From Candidatus Moraniibacteriota bacterium (GTDB taxonomy: Bacteria > Patescibacteriota > Minisyncoccia > Moranbacterales > UBA1568), in contig JBBCGM010000002.1 in assembly GCA_037201605.1 (NCBI GenBank), positions 144,697 through 208,696 of the forward strand: 64,000 bases of DNA, given 5' to 3'. The position numbers and the translations under genes are program-made. The notes under the pieces were generated by a model. The model was not told the origin of the DNA. It made no database searches and saw only the letters and a program-made list of their open reading frames with translations. Below are positions 48,860 to 59,457 of the stretch, piece by piece (position 1 is the stretch's first letter; each line of letters begins with the position of its first letter).

Positions 48860-51800
48860 TTAGGTAGGCTCTGCTACCACCGCCATTTCATCGATCCTGA
48901 GATTCGCGGAAATATGACTCCCCTGAAAAAAGATAGTGTCCGAAAGGCCGCTTGTTGAAGGTATCCATACATACCCGACCGCCGTCGGCGTTTCTTCTCC
49001 ATTCAAGAATACGCTTATGGTAGCGACGTTCGGATTCCCTAAATCCTGGTGGGTGATGAGCATGCGCAACTCACTGTAAGCTCCGTCCATCGCCGGAAAA
49101 CTCCCGACGCCAACGCCTGCGCCGCCGGCAGTAGTCAGGAACATGCTTCCAGCCGTAGAAATACCCATGCCCGACAATCCAATAACGTGCGCTTTAATGA
49201 CGATGTGATCGGCTGGGCTCGTGATGTTATCGACAATCAGGCCCCGGAGGCGAATATCGACATAGTCCGGATCCATGGTGGCAATCGTCATGGTATCGCG
49301 AGTATCCACGTACGGAAGATCACTGCCGAATGTCAGCTTGCCATCGACGACCGGCGGAGGCGTAACCGGTCCCTCGGTATAGTTCGTAAAATTATGCGTA
49401 ATGCTCCCGACTGGCGTTGCGCCCAGCTCGCCATCTTCAAAGTCATCCCGCATCAGATAGACAAGGTCTTCTTCAGGTTCCTGGATCTCAATAGTGCGAG
49501 TGATATCGGTATACTGGCCGAAGCCTCCAAACAAACGAAGGGTAACATCGTGGAAATTGTTTGCAGGAGTTGCATCATCATATTCAGCATCTGCGTCTCC
49601 AACAAAACGCACCGTCCAGCCAGTTGCCTCAAACGGATCACTGACCTCGAATATGTCTCCGCCGGCAATGATTTCGAGGAGAACTGGCATGGCTTCTTCA
49701 TCGGGATCAAGCGCCGAAATCGGGAGGACCAGTTTGGTGCCGCCCTGAACAGTCGGATTGGCTGCTGCCACAGGGGTGATAGCGGGCGGAAGCGCTTCGT
49801 TCTGCATAATGGCAACTGCGTCGTCCATAAATTCACCCTTAGCCTTCTCATCGGCCAGGGTTGCAATGTGAAGCGCATCAGGCTGGGTACCGACGACAGA
49901 GGCCTTTAGGTGGACGTAGGCAATTTTGTCGTAATTATTCTCATGAGCCAAAATATGAAGAGCTCGATTAGCCTCCCAACCTTTTGGCCAAGCCGCATTA
50001 TGGCTCGGCACATTGCTTGGAAACAAAAATATTGAATCCTCGAGCGGCTGCTGACTGGAGATAGTCAATCCCCGCATAAGGGCGTAGTGATCGCGCATGG
50101 CATCAAGCATCAGCTCGCCAGCATTGGCCGAACCGCCTAGGAGGTTGGTGTCGTTCTCCAGCGCCTCGCAGTGCACTACTTCGACGCGACATTCTCCGTC
50201 GCGGGCAGTGACGGCCGGGATGGCGTCCGTGAGAGTCGCTATGACCCCCGCGATGCCCGTGTCATCCGTAGCTTGCCAGAGAGAAAAGCCGTCGTCATAG
50301 AAGTGCGACCCGCCCCAGGCCATAGGCAGCGCCACGACCTTGCGTCCGGTGCGAGCTACGAAGGACAAACATTCAGCCTCGACGCAGGAGTAGTAATCAG
50401 CGGCAGCCACGCTTCCGCCGAGCCAGCTAAGAGGCCTCGTATCGCTGTTGAGACCAGGAGGCATCGACCAGGGACTTTCCGTTGCATGAGTGCCGGCAAG
50501 AATATACTGCGTGAAATCAGGATCGGTTGCGTTGTATGCGGAATCGCCGTTTCGCTCTACTCTCCCCTCGGCCCGGCTATCGCCCACTATAAGGAATAAA
50601 GCTGTAGCCGAAGCATTCTCGACCGTGATGGTAAACGGCGTATCGCGAGGACTGTTAGAGGCATCTGCATGCGTCTCACGGACAGTAATGTCATGACTCG
50701 ACGCGGTCTCGTAATCAAGCGAACCATCGACGACGACGTTGAGCCCATCAAGAGCAAAGAGTCCCCCAGCACTGTCCTGCATGGAAAGCGTTGATCCGCT
50801 GCTCTTTCCGGAGAGCGCTCCGACCACCGTTCCCTCCGTCGCATCCTCAGAAACGGTGCTCGCAGAAAGGGTTAGCGCTGCAAGCGTCACTTCACTTACA
50901 TTCGTCACCGTCACCGTAATGGTCTGATTGGTAGCATTGCTTGCCGTATCGGTGGCCGTCACTTGTACGACGTAGGTGTTGTTGGTATCGGCATCGGAGG
51001 GAGCTTCGTAGTTGCGGGTGCCGTTACTCTGCCAGCGCAGTGTTGCCCCGCTCAGTTCAAAGAGGGCTTGATCCGCTCCTCCGGTAATGGTCCAGGTGAC
51101 GGTTTCGTTGGCAGTCAGGCTCTTGGAGAGCTGGGCATTCTCCGCGACGCTTACGGTGTTGGAAGAGGTGATGGAAGGAGCAGTGTCATCCACATCCCCG
51201 ACCGTCACCACAACCGTCTGTACCACCTCGTCATCCGTGTCTTCATCCGTTGCTGTCACTTGTACGACGTAGGTGTTGTTGGTATCGGCATCGGAGGGAG
51301 CTTCGTAGTTCTTGGCACTCATGGTGAGGAGGCCGGTACTGGTGTTTAGGGTAAAGAGGGCTTGATCTGCTCCTCCGGTCTTGGCAAAGGAGACGTTCTC
51401 TCGGTTAGTGGTGATGGTAAGCGAGAAGGAAGCGCCTTCTGAGACGCTTTGGGTAGCGCTTGAGGTGATGAGGAACTCTTCGGGGATTTCCAGGCTGCCT
51501 GAGGCCAGGTAGTCGGCTGAGGTGCCTCCACTGTTCCCTCTCACTCTGAGGGAGACTTCTGACCACTGCTTGAGAGTCTTGAGGGAAGCGTCTGCCTGTT
51601 CTAAGGTAGCGCCGGAGGCTGGAGCAAGGGTCACTTGGCCTGTGCCTGCCTGGGTTACGGCGCAGGAGAAGCCTGCAGGCAGGTTGTTGGGCAGAGTGAG
51701 GGTAGTGCCTGAGCTATTCGTGAATTCCAGGAAGAGGCCGTTGTCTGTTGAAAGGAGGGTGTAGGTGGTAGCACTGACTACCTTGGGGGTAGCCGGAAAG

Positions 51801-51898
51801 AGGTTGCGGCCATCTGCATCGTGGGCAACTGCGAGGTATTCATTCAAGATGGAGCCCCAGGCGCCGCCATCGGCGCCTGGGGTGGGAAGGCGGGGCAT
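48860..51898 (-). CDS. 1012-aa multidomain fibre/adhesin-like protein (MPRLPTPGADGGAWG N-domain, two cadherin-like repeats, an SGNH-like region, a lectin/LamG-like C-terminus)
   Basis: Intact ORF. Its N-terminal ~135 aa are roughly 70% identical by eye to ORF 60951..61367. The repeats carry …NYEAPSDADTNNTYVVQVTATD twice. FLIVGDSRAEG is SGNH-like. Confidence 0.7.
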   Translation of the reverse strand: MPRLPTPGADGGAWGSILNEYLAVAHDADGRNLFPATPKVVSATTYTLLSTDNGLFLEFTNSSGTTLTLPNNLPAGFSCAVTQAGTGQVTLAPASGATLEQADASLKTLKQWSEVSLRVRGNSGGTSADYLASGSLEIPEEFLITSSATQSVSEGASFSLTITTNRENVSFAKTGGADQALFTLNTSTGLLTMSAKNYEAPSDADTNNTYVVQVTATDEDTDDEVVQTVVVTVGDVDDTAPSITSSNTVSVAENAQLSKSLTANETVTWTITGGADQALFELSGATLRWQSNGTRNYEAPSDADTNNTYVVQVTATDTASNATNQTITVTVTNVSEVTLAALTLSASTVSEDATEGTVVGALSGKSSGSTLSMQDSAGGLFALDGLNVVVDGSLDYETASSHDITVRETHADASNSPRDTPFTITVENASATALFLIVGDSRAEGRVERNGDSAYNATDPDFTQYILAGTHATESPWSMPPGLNSDTRPLSWLGGSVAAADYYSCVEAECLSFVARTGRKVVALPMAWGGSHFYDDGFSLWQATDDTGIAGVIATLTDAIPAVTARDGECRVEVVHCEALENDTNLLGGSANAGELMLDAMRDHYALMRGLTISSQQPLEDSIFLFPSNVPSHNAAWPKGWEANRALHILAHENNYDKIAYVHLKASVVGTQPDALHIATLADEKAKGEFMDDAVAIMQNEALPPAITPVAAANPTVQGGTKLVLPISALDPDEEAMPVLLEIIAGGDIFEVSDPFEATGWTVRFVGDADAEYDDATPANNFHDVTLRLFGGFGQYTDITRTIEIQEPEEDLVYLMRDDFEDGELGATPVGSITHNFTNYTEGPVTPPPVVDGKLTFGSDLPYVDTRDTMTIATMDPDYVDIRLRGLIVDNITSPADHIVIKAHVIGLSGMGISTAGSMFLTTAGGAGVGVGSFPAMDGAYSELRMLITHQDLGNPNVATISVFLNGEETPTAVGYVWIPSTSGLSDTIFFQGSHISANLRIDEMAVVAEPT

Positions 51899-52007
51899 GA
51901 GGGGGAAGCTTTTTTCAGATTATAGCACGAAAATTTCCCTCCCTATGGAGAAGAATCCACTAACGAAGAAAAGAAATCTCTTACTATCCGGATACTTGCA
52001 GAGTCTC

Positions 52008-53606
52008 TCAGCCTCTGAAAATGCCGCTTATAAAAGTTTGGACTCGATGGAAGACGCCTGCGAAGAAGTTATCATTCTCTCCAAGCGCTATGTCGTCATC
52101 CGGCGCATGAAGTTCTACGGAATGCTCGTGCGTACCGTCATTCCCACCCGGAATGGTGAAGTAGCGATCGAAACCCGCGATCGCAAAACTCCAGTGGAAT
52201 AATTGGGTGCCGGCACCAAGAATACCGGTTCCTTTGGAACCATCGCCGTACTGGTTATCACCGCAACCCTGCAGCTGGCCTTCCGGCAAATTCGGATCAG
52301 TGTTTTTAACACCCGTACAGTTGGCCTGCCAAATACGCATCATCTCCTGATTCCACGCCCCGAACCAGTCGGTATGCATGGTTTCGCCGCCACAGTAGCG
52401 GTTTGAAATCTGAAGACACGGGGAGGTTGCTTCCGAGTTCATGGCGAGGCTAGACATGCGATCAGAAGTGAGATAAAGCTGACTAATTTGACCGCCAGGG
52501 ACTGGCGCGCCCCCACTTGGCCGCGCTTCTCCGGGACCGTAGTCAATAATCCAGTGAAAGGTGATACCGAGAGGCGGTATCCGATACCAGTGAGCTGGGC
52601 AGTGAGCTCTTCCATCACTGGCAGAAACAGGATACACAACGTGCTGGCGTCCGTTCGGCGACCAAGCATTCACCCCATCCCAGCACTCGGGTCCGACGAG
52701 TTCCGCGATCAATTCTTCGCCCTCTCGGACATCGAGCGTCGGATTCCCATTCTCGTCTACCAGGTAGGGCTGCTTCCCATTTGGATCAGTATTGGGCGAA
52801 TGTTCCGTCAGACAATCTGCGTTGGTGCGCGGTGCCGTAGGCAAACAATACCACCCAGTAAAGCCATTGTAGTTATTATTGACATACCCACTATTCGAGT
52901 TTTCCAGGCAAATTGGCGATGGCAATTTTGTCTCTGTACCATTCATTCTCAGGATCGTGCGGATTGAAACCGGCTACATACCGCAGGCCGAATGGGATAC
53001 GGCTCATTTTCTCCGTTTGGTCGATTGGGGTCTGGATCTGATAATAGAGGGTGATATAGAAGGGTTTGAGGCCCAGAGTCCTTGCCGTCTCCAAGGGCAT
53101 CCTGCTCGGCAAGCACCGGCGCCCAATAGGGCAGTGTTATTGATGAGGTTACCGCCACAGGAGCTGCCGGCGTTACTCTCACGCAGCTGCGCATAGGTAC
53201 TGTCCGGCTGAAGATCCGTATTACCGAAGAGCCAGTGCTTGTGTTCAAAGCCAGCCTCGTCGAACGAGAGGATCGGATCGAAGTCAAAGGCCTTGCCAAA
53301 GGCGCAGGTGGTGCGGAATTTATCCGAAGTATCAGTAATAGGCGGTCCGGTAAGCGACTCGAAATAGCCTCCGTCTATCAATTGCTGGCGGGTGAGGCCC
53401 GTGTCATTCGGTTCCGGGCCCTCGTTCTCAGCATAATACGGCGCGCTACTCGGATCATTGGCCGAACCAACACCGTACACATCAGAGCGATCATCAGTGA
53501 ATTCGATATCTTGCTGCACGAAGGGTGGAACATCTGTCGGCTTTTGGTTGGCCAGAGCTGCCGCCGGAATGAGCAAGAAAATAATAATGAGAAGAATCTT
53601 TTTCAT
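52008..53606 (-). CDS. Secreted DUF1996-like protein, paralog a (frame breaks)
   Basis: Signal peptide MKKILLIIIFLLIPAAALA. Motifs KFRTTCAFG, FEHKHWLFGN, HWYRIPP and CGGETMHTDWFGAWN. Pieces 53004..53606, 52949..53299, 52891..53112 and 52008..52946. Confidence 0.6.
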
Positions 53607-53609
53607 ATT

Positions 53610-54987
53610 TTAAGCGCCCGGAGGATTGGTTTTATACGGGTGGTCGCTCGGCAGTTCTGACTGGATACCCGCTTCGTGGGCAATGATACCTTCGATAATC
53701 TGGCGGTATTCATCGGTCATTACAGCATCAGTAAGCCACAGGAGTTTACTAATCGTTATCTGGGAAGTTTCTCCATAGGGAGCATAGCCACCGATGTTTC
53801 CATTGCCCGCACGGCCAACGCTCGGCGGATTATATCCCCAGCCTACTGCTTCAGCACCGTTAGTATAAAATTTTCCACCCGCCATCACAAGGAGATACGT
53901 TTGACCAGTCTGGAGAATGACCTGTGAACCTGAAGCTGCGTTGGTATAAGTACCCCCCAGCTCCCGCCGTTTAGAGCCGCAAACATAGTAACATTATGCG
54001 AAGAAGAGATACCTGGATAGCCAGTACACCCGCCGTGGTCGGCATTTGCTTTCAAAGAGCCACAATGGCATGCTGAGCAGTATAATCTTGTGCGAGAGCA
54101 AAGGTGCCGTCGGTAGAACCAGCGAGACCGAAAGTGATTCCAGGAATGCCCCCAGGCCCGGACGTTTGCTCCCCATAGAGGAGAGCCGTCGGCCGTCGCC
54201 ACATCGGCGCTTGCGGACTTATCGTTCCACACGGTGACATTATTGCTTCCATCCTTTGTAAGGGTCGCGGCATCTTCCGCATCCCACCAACGAATATAGT
54301 CACTCTGGAAATCATCAAGAGTATAGGGCTCTATCGCAGGAATGAGATCATCTACGATGTTTGACCACGGAGAGGAATTACCATCCGGATCCTTCTCGCG
54401 GATACGGTAGTAGTAATGCGTGCCGGCAAAGAGCGTTTCCAAAATCTCAAAGTCCGCCCCGGTCGCGTATTCTTCCTCCAGAGTAACCTCGTTTTCCTCT
54501 TCCGCTAGATCCTCGCTATCAAAGTGTTGACAGTATCGCGCTGTAACACCACCGACCATGCTATATCCGGAGTACCTCCTTCGAAGAAGGATCCCTCTCC
54601 GGTTTGCATAAGGAAAGTAGGCGGATTAGCACCCGTCTCAGAGGTAAGCGTCAAAACAGGCGCCACCATTTGTAGTGTCGTCTCAGTCGCGATATTCGAC
54701 CACTCAGTAAGCGGGTTATCCTCGATATCCATCGGCTGGATCTCGATATCGTATTCGGTCTCCGGTACGAAGCCATGGATCACGTTATCCCAGGGGAGAT
54801 TGCCTGCCGGCGCTCCCCCGTTGACGCGATAACGATAGTAAACCGTGTCGGGCCAGGGAGTGAACGTAAGAAGCATGCTCCGGTGCGAATTGGCAGTAGC
54901 TACCAGGTCACTGATAAAACCCTCCTCTTCTTCAACAGGCGGGAGAGAAGCAGTAATACCGCGAAGGGCTGGAAGATTGAGGACCAT
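53610..54987 (-). CDS. Leaderless cassette partner P1 (MVLNLPALRGI…; FN3-like, YYYR/WSN module, LamG-like C-terminus; frame breaks)
   Basis: Collinear pieces 54505..54987, 53885..54559 and 53610..53888. TLTKDGSNNVTVWNDKSASADVA is a typical LamG-jellyroll lead-in. Confidence 0.55.
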
Positions 54988-55014
54988 AGAAAGGAGAGGG
55001 TTCTGTTTTTGTAA

Positions 55015-56446
55015 CTATATCAGACTTCTTGTGCTTTTTGGACGAAGTTTATTCAGTCCCGTGGGTATGGAGATTGAAGGGCCGACTAGCGAATGAGGGA
55101 GTGGGAAAAAGCGATTGTAGCCTTTATGGATCCAGTCTTGTCCGAAATCAATTTGATGAAGACGGGAACCGTCAGGCGCGGGTCCCTGGACTATACCCTT
55201 CTTGCCATCACCATATTGAGTATCATCGCATTCATGCGGATCACCAATGAGAGAACCGATCGTAATGCCATTACACTTATTCATCCAGGTGAGCATGATG
55301 CCCGGATTCTCTTCAGTCCCGTAATCCCAAGCGCCGAGCCAATCGGTATGGCCACACTGACCGTTATGGAACTGGGTAAAATCAGGCATACGGTCACACG
55401 AGAAATACCACTCTTTGTAATCGTCAGGACCCCCGTGTTGAAACCAGATATTGAGCTGGAAACTGGGAACCTCATACCAGCCATCGGGACAGACCGACTG
55501 ACCACTGCCGATATTGCGAACCAGTGCCCGCATATGGCCGCGACCGCCAGGACTGGTAAGATTCACTCCGTCCCAACACGGCGGACCGTTAAACTCTGCG
55601 CCAATTAATTCATTCTCCGGACACACGAGCGTCGGGGTACCGTCGTCATTTCTTAAATAGGGTTGGTTAGCATTGCCCGGGCTGACCGGGTGCGCATCGG
55701 GATCGAGAGAACCGTTCGTCCCCTGGCACTTCCAGCCGTTAAAACCCTGGCCGCCATAGACATGGTCACCGGGTATCTCATCCTGGTGACGATCATCATC
55801 GGGATCAAAGGGGTCAAAACCGAATACATAACTGAGGCCGCGCGGGATGCGCGTCATTTTTGGAGATGCATCATGAGTACCGATATTATAATAAACAATC
55901 ATGTACTCCGGCTTCACGACGCCCGGCTTGTCCCCCAGAGCATTATCCTTGATGACTGCTGGAAACCAATAGGCGCTCCGGTTCAGGATCCCGCCGGCGC
56001 ACGTGCTGCCGCCGGTCGTACGCAGGGTTTGGTAGGTACTGTCCTTATTCGTTCCGGTATTTCCGAAAAACATGTGGAGGTGCATGAAATCCGGATTGCC
56101 AGGGGGCTGTAATCGGGTCTTCATAGGCCACATGAGAGAGATTGCAGTGCGTGCGGAACTTGGCTTCGGTGCCTTCGTGAGGAAAAGATTCGGTCGTTTC
56201 CAACCAATCCTCTAAATCATATTCGCCGAAGTCAGTCGGGATGTCCTCCGGCTCATAGGCGAAAGCTGCCGGGGTGCCTCCCTGCGTATTCGAACCATCC
56301 CCAATGATGCCCGTCACATACGTTACCGGTTGCTGCACAAAAGCAGGCGGATCTTCCTGTCCGGAAGCTGTAGGGATAGCCAGCCGATCATAGGCCGCGC
56401 CGCCTACTCCCAAAAGAATGAGAAGGAAGAAGAAAAGTTTTTTCAT
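55015..56446 (-). CDS. Secreted DUF1996-like protein, paralog b (one frame break ~56100)
   Basis: Signal peptide MKKLFFFLLILLGVGGAA. Motifs KFRTHCNLSH, FMHLHMFFGN, SAYWFPA, GWYEVPS and CGHTDWLGAWD. Confidence 0.65.
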
Positions 56447-56492
56447 AAATCTATTTTAGAACTCATAGGGAAAGATAACCAATGCTTATCCA

Positions 56493-57771
56493 TTAAAAGG
56501 GAGAAAAGCCTGCGGGCGGGGTATGGGCAAAGGCAGTAGCCCCGAAGTTAACCGTCAGGACATCATTTTTGTCAGCAGCAACATGGGGATAATACTTATC
56601 AAGAGGCACGCTGATCCCGCCTTGTCCGGTGGCTGGATTCTGGGTACCGGAGCCAGACCAAGTACCATTTACCCCAAACCAGACTTTGCTCAAGGTCGTA
56701 TCGAATGCCACCATCAGGGTAGAATCAGCTCCCCACCATTGGCTCCCATATTCAATAGGGAGTGAGCTGTTGTAATAATAGTAGAAGCCATCATAGGTGC
56801 TAATGCCATTCGTGCTGTTGTAACCTGGAAAATTAAATCCCGAAATGAAAACAACAGACTCATTACAAACGCCTGCATAGCGATTGTCAATAAGGCCAGC
56901 TGAATAGACTTCGAAATAAAACTTGCCACTACTTCGATACTGCGTAGAGCGTGAGCCAGCCCAAGAATTAAGAGTAGGATGGGCCCGTAAGCGTCATATT
57001 GCCGTTACTTAAACTCGCAAAAGAGCTTTTCTGATCCGGATCCAGTGTTGCCGTAAATTGAGCGATATCAGAGCCGGTCGTGTCAGAAATGATGTTGGAC
57101 CAGTCAGAATACACGGCATTGGGATCAGCTGCCTCTCCGCGCCTCCAGCGATCACGGTAGTAATAGGTGGTCTCGACCGCGAGCTGGTTCATGATGCCAA
57201 ACGCGAGGCTTGCGGTTACGTATTCTTCGTTATCCAGCTGATTCTCTTCCTCCAAAAGACCGGTGGTAAACGTAACGTCTTCGGCGATCTGACGAATGAG
57301 ATAATAGCCGACTTCCGCAGTGTTATCGGGCTGGGTAACATCAATGGTAGTCGGATTGGCTCCAGGATCGGAAGTGAAGGAGAGGACCGGTGGCGTAATG
57401 GGCGATTCATTGGCATCGGTCACCGTAACGATAATGATTTGATCACGGACCGCCAAAGACGCATTGGTGGCACGCACCACCACCTTGTAGGCATTGTTGT
57501 CATCCGCATCTGCGGGATTCTCATGATCACGCACTCCGTTGGATGTCCAGCGAAGCGTCGAGCCAGAAAGCTCGAACTGCGCCACATCCGGCCCCCCGTT
57601 GAGCGACCAGGTGACCGCCTCATTGGCCGTAAGCGTATGGGCAAGCGTCGTATTCTCCGCCAAGGTTACGGCATTCAGGGAGGTGATGATCGGCAAATCT
57701 TCTCCGCCTCCACCGCTCTGAATGGAGAGAGAGGCAGGGATACCTCGGAAGGCTGGAAGGTTAAGTACCAT
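56493..57771 (-). CDS. Leaderless cassette partner P2 (MVLNLPAFRGI…; cadherin-like, YYYR/WSN module, SPRY-like C-terminus; frame breaks)
   Basis: Pieces 56968..57771, 56714..56929 and 56493..56714. The C-terminus …KVWFGVNGTWSG…LTVNFGATAFAHTPPAGFSPF is SPRY-like. Confidence 0.55.
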
Positions 57772-57927
57772 ACGAACTAAGCATCAATTGAGCGGCCCCT
57801 CGGCATCGACAGCAAAAAAGTGAGGCCCAAGAAAGGAAGAGTTAAAGAGAAAAACTTATGAATTTACTTCATTTTAGCAGATAAAAGTCGTTTTGAATTT
57901 GGCAACGTCTCTTTAGTCTCAGAGAGT

Positions 57928-59457
57928 CTAGTGATTGTGAACACTGTCCGGGCCCGTGTGACCTCCAGGAATCGCGTAGTAATCCCCTAATTCATCGCCT
58001 CGGTACCAATGGTTTAGATCAACCTGTGGCGTACGGGTGCCGTCTGGAGCGTTCCCGCCCACCAGTCTCGAGGTGAGCGACATACTATTGCTGTTACAGC
58101 CAGTCCCATGCGGCACTTCACCGCTTTCCGGATCAGCCGTATTGGGAATGCCTAAACAGAAACGGAAGCCTTCCTTCAGGATATCGTCCTGCCACGCTCC
58201 GAACCAGTCAAAGTGAAAGCTGCAGCCGTTCTTGCAGACAAAGTCCTCATAGCCCGGTATCGCCCGCATCGTGTCTTGGAACATGTCATCGGAGGATAGT
58301 CGCCAGCTCTTGAAATCGTCGTCCGTAAGATGCCCGAACTGCGGCTTGAGCACAAGCACCGGGAATTTGAACCACCCTACCGGGCACACATCAGTTCTGT
58401 CGACATTCGTGGCGCTTACCCTAATTGCTGGAAGCACATGGCCGTACCCCCCGGGAGAACTGAGGTTCTTGCCGTCCCAGCACTCAGCGCCATGACCCTC
58501 CGCTATAATTCTGCTTGCCGCGGGACATTCCAAGTCCTCAAGATTGTCGGCAGGAGTGCCGCCTGAGCTACAGCCCCACTCGACAAAACCGTCCCCTAGA
58601 TACGTATAAGCTCCTGAGGGGCCGCCGGCATCAGCGTTCGCCGCATTGGAAGCGGCTATGGCGTCTTTGAGACGGGTCTTGAGCGGATCATCCATGTCCC
58701 GGCCGGAAACATAGTTGAGGCCGCGCGGAAGATCAATAAAAGTATTGGCGTGGTTAAGGTCCGGTATCTGATAGTAGAGCGGGATCGCATCAACCTTTTT
58801 GGCCCGGATAACCCCGTCTCCGAGAGCATCCGGAACCAGAATGGCAGGCATCCAGTAGGCGGTGCCGTTAAGAGGCCCTCCGGGAGCAGTTGAGGCTACT
58901 TCCATATCGTTTTGCGCCTGCACGGCCGAATTACGCAGCTGTTCAAAGGTGGAGCAGGCACCCGCGTGGACATTCCCGAAGAATATATGAAGGTGCGAAG
59001 CGCCCCGGTCGCAATGATTACGAATCGGATCATCAGCTAAGATGTGACTATCATTGAGGGTCAGACGAAATTTGAACTCGTCGTCTCCGGTGGTATCTCC
59101 CCCCTCCGGGCTTCCATGGGCTCCGCGCGTGATCCAGCCTGTCTCGTCGGCTGGAATGGGATCAGGCTGCAAAGCATAGGCTTCCGGTATGCCGCCTGCG
59201 GGCGTCGATTCATCTCCAAGTTGTTCGTAGAAATTACCGTCCGGCCCGATGAGCGGGTACACGATGGGCTGTTCGCCGGCATCCCATTGGCCGGGAGTAA
59301 GTGAATATGCCGGCTCGTCATCGAGATCCAATTGATCCAGATTTTCAAAACCCGAAGTGATCGCTTGGCCCTCCCTGTTCCATCGGTCCAGCGCAAAACC
59401 GGCGACACCGAGCCCTGCCAATAACGCTACAAAGAGAATAAAGAAACGATTCATCAT
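57928..59457 (-). CDS. Secreted DUF1996-like protein, paralog c (intact)
   Basis: The ORF track starts it at 59493. The likely start is MMNRFFILFVALLAGLGVAG at 59457, overlapping the upstream stop as ATGA. Motifs KFRLTLNDSH, ASHLHIFFGN, TAYWMPA, GWFKFPV and CSFHFDWFGAWQ. Confidence 0.7.
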   Translation of the reverse strand: MMNRFFILFVALLAGLGVAGFALDRWNREGQAITSGFENLDQLDLDDEPAYSLTPGQWDAGEQPIVYPLIGPDGNFYEQLGDESTPAGGIPEAYALQPDPIPADETGWITRGAHGSPEGGDTTGDDEFKFRLTLNDSHILADDPIRNHCDRGASHLHIFFGNVHAGACSTFEQLRNSAVQAQNDMEVASTAPGGPLNGTAYWMPAILVPDALGDGVIRAKKVDAIPLYYQIPDLNHANTFIDLPRGLNYVSGRDMDDPLKTRLKDAIAASNAANADAGGPSGAYTYLGDGFVEWGCSSGGTPADNLEDLECPAASRIIAEGHGAECWDGKNLSSPGGYGHVLPAIRVSATNVDRTDVCPVGWFKFPVLVLKPQFGHLTDDDFKSWRLSSDDMFQDTMRAIPGYEDFVCKNGCSFHFDWFGAWQDDILKEGFRFCLGIPNTADPESGEVPHGTGCNSNSMSLTSRLVGGNAPDGTRTPQVDLNHWYRGDELGDYYAIPGGHTGPDSVHNH

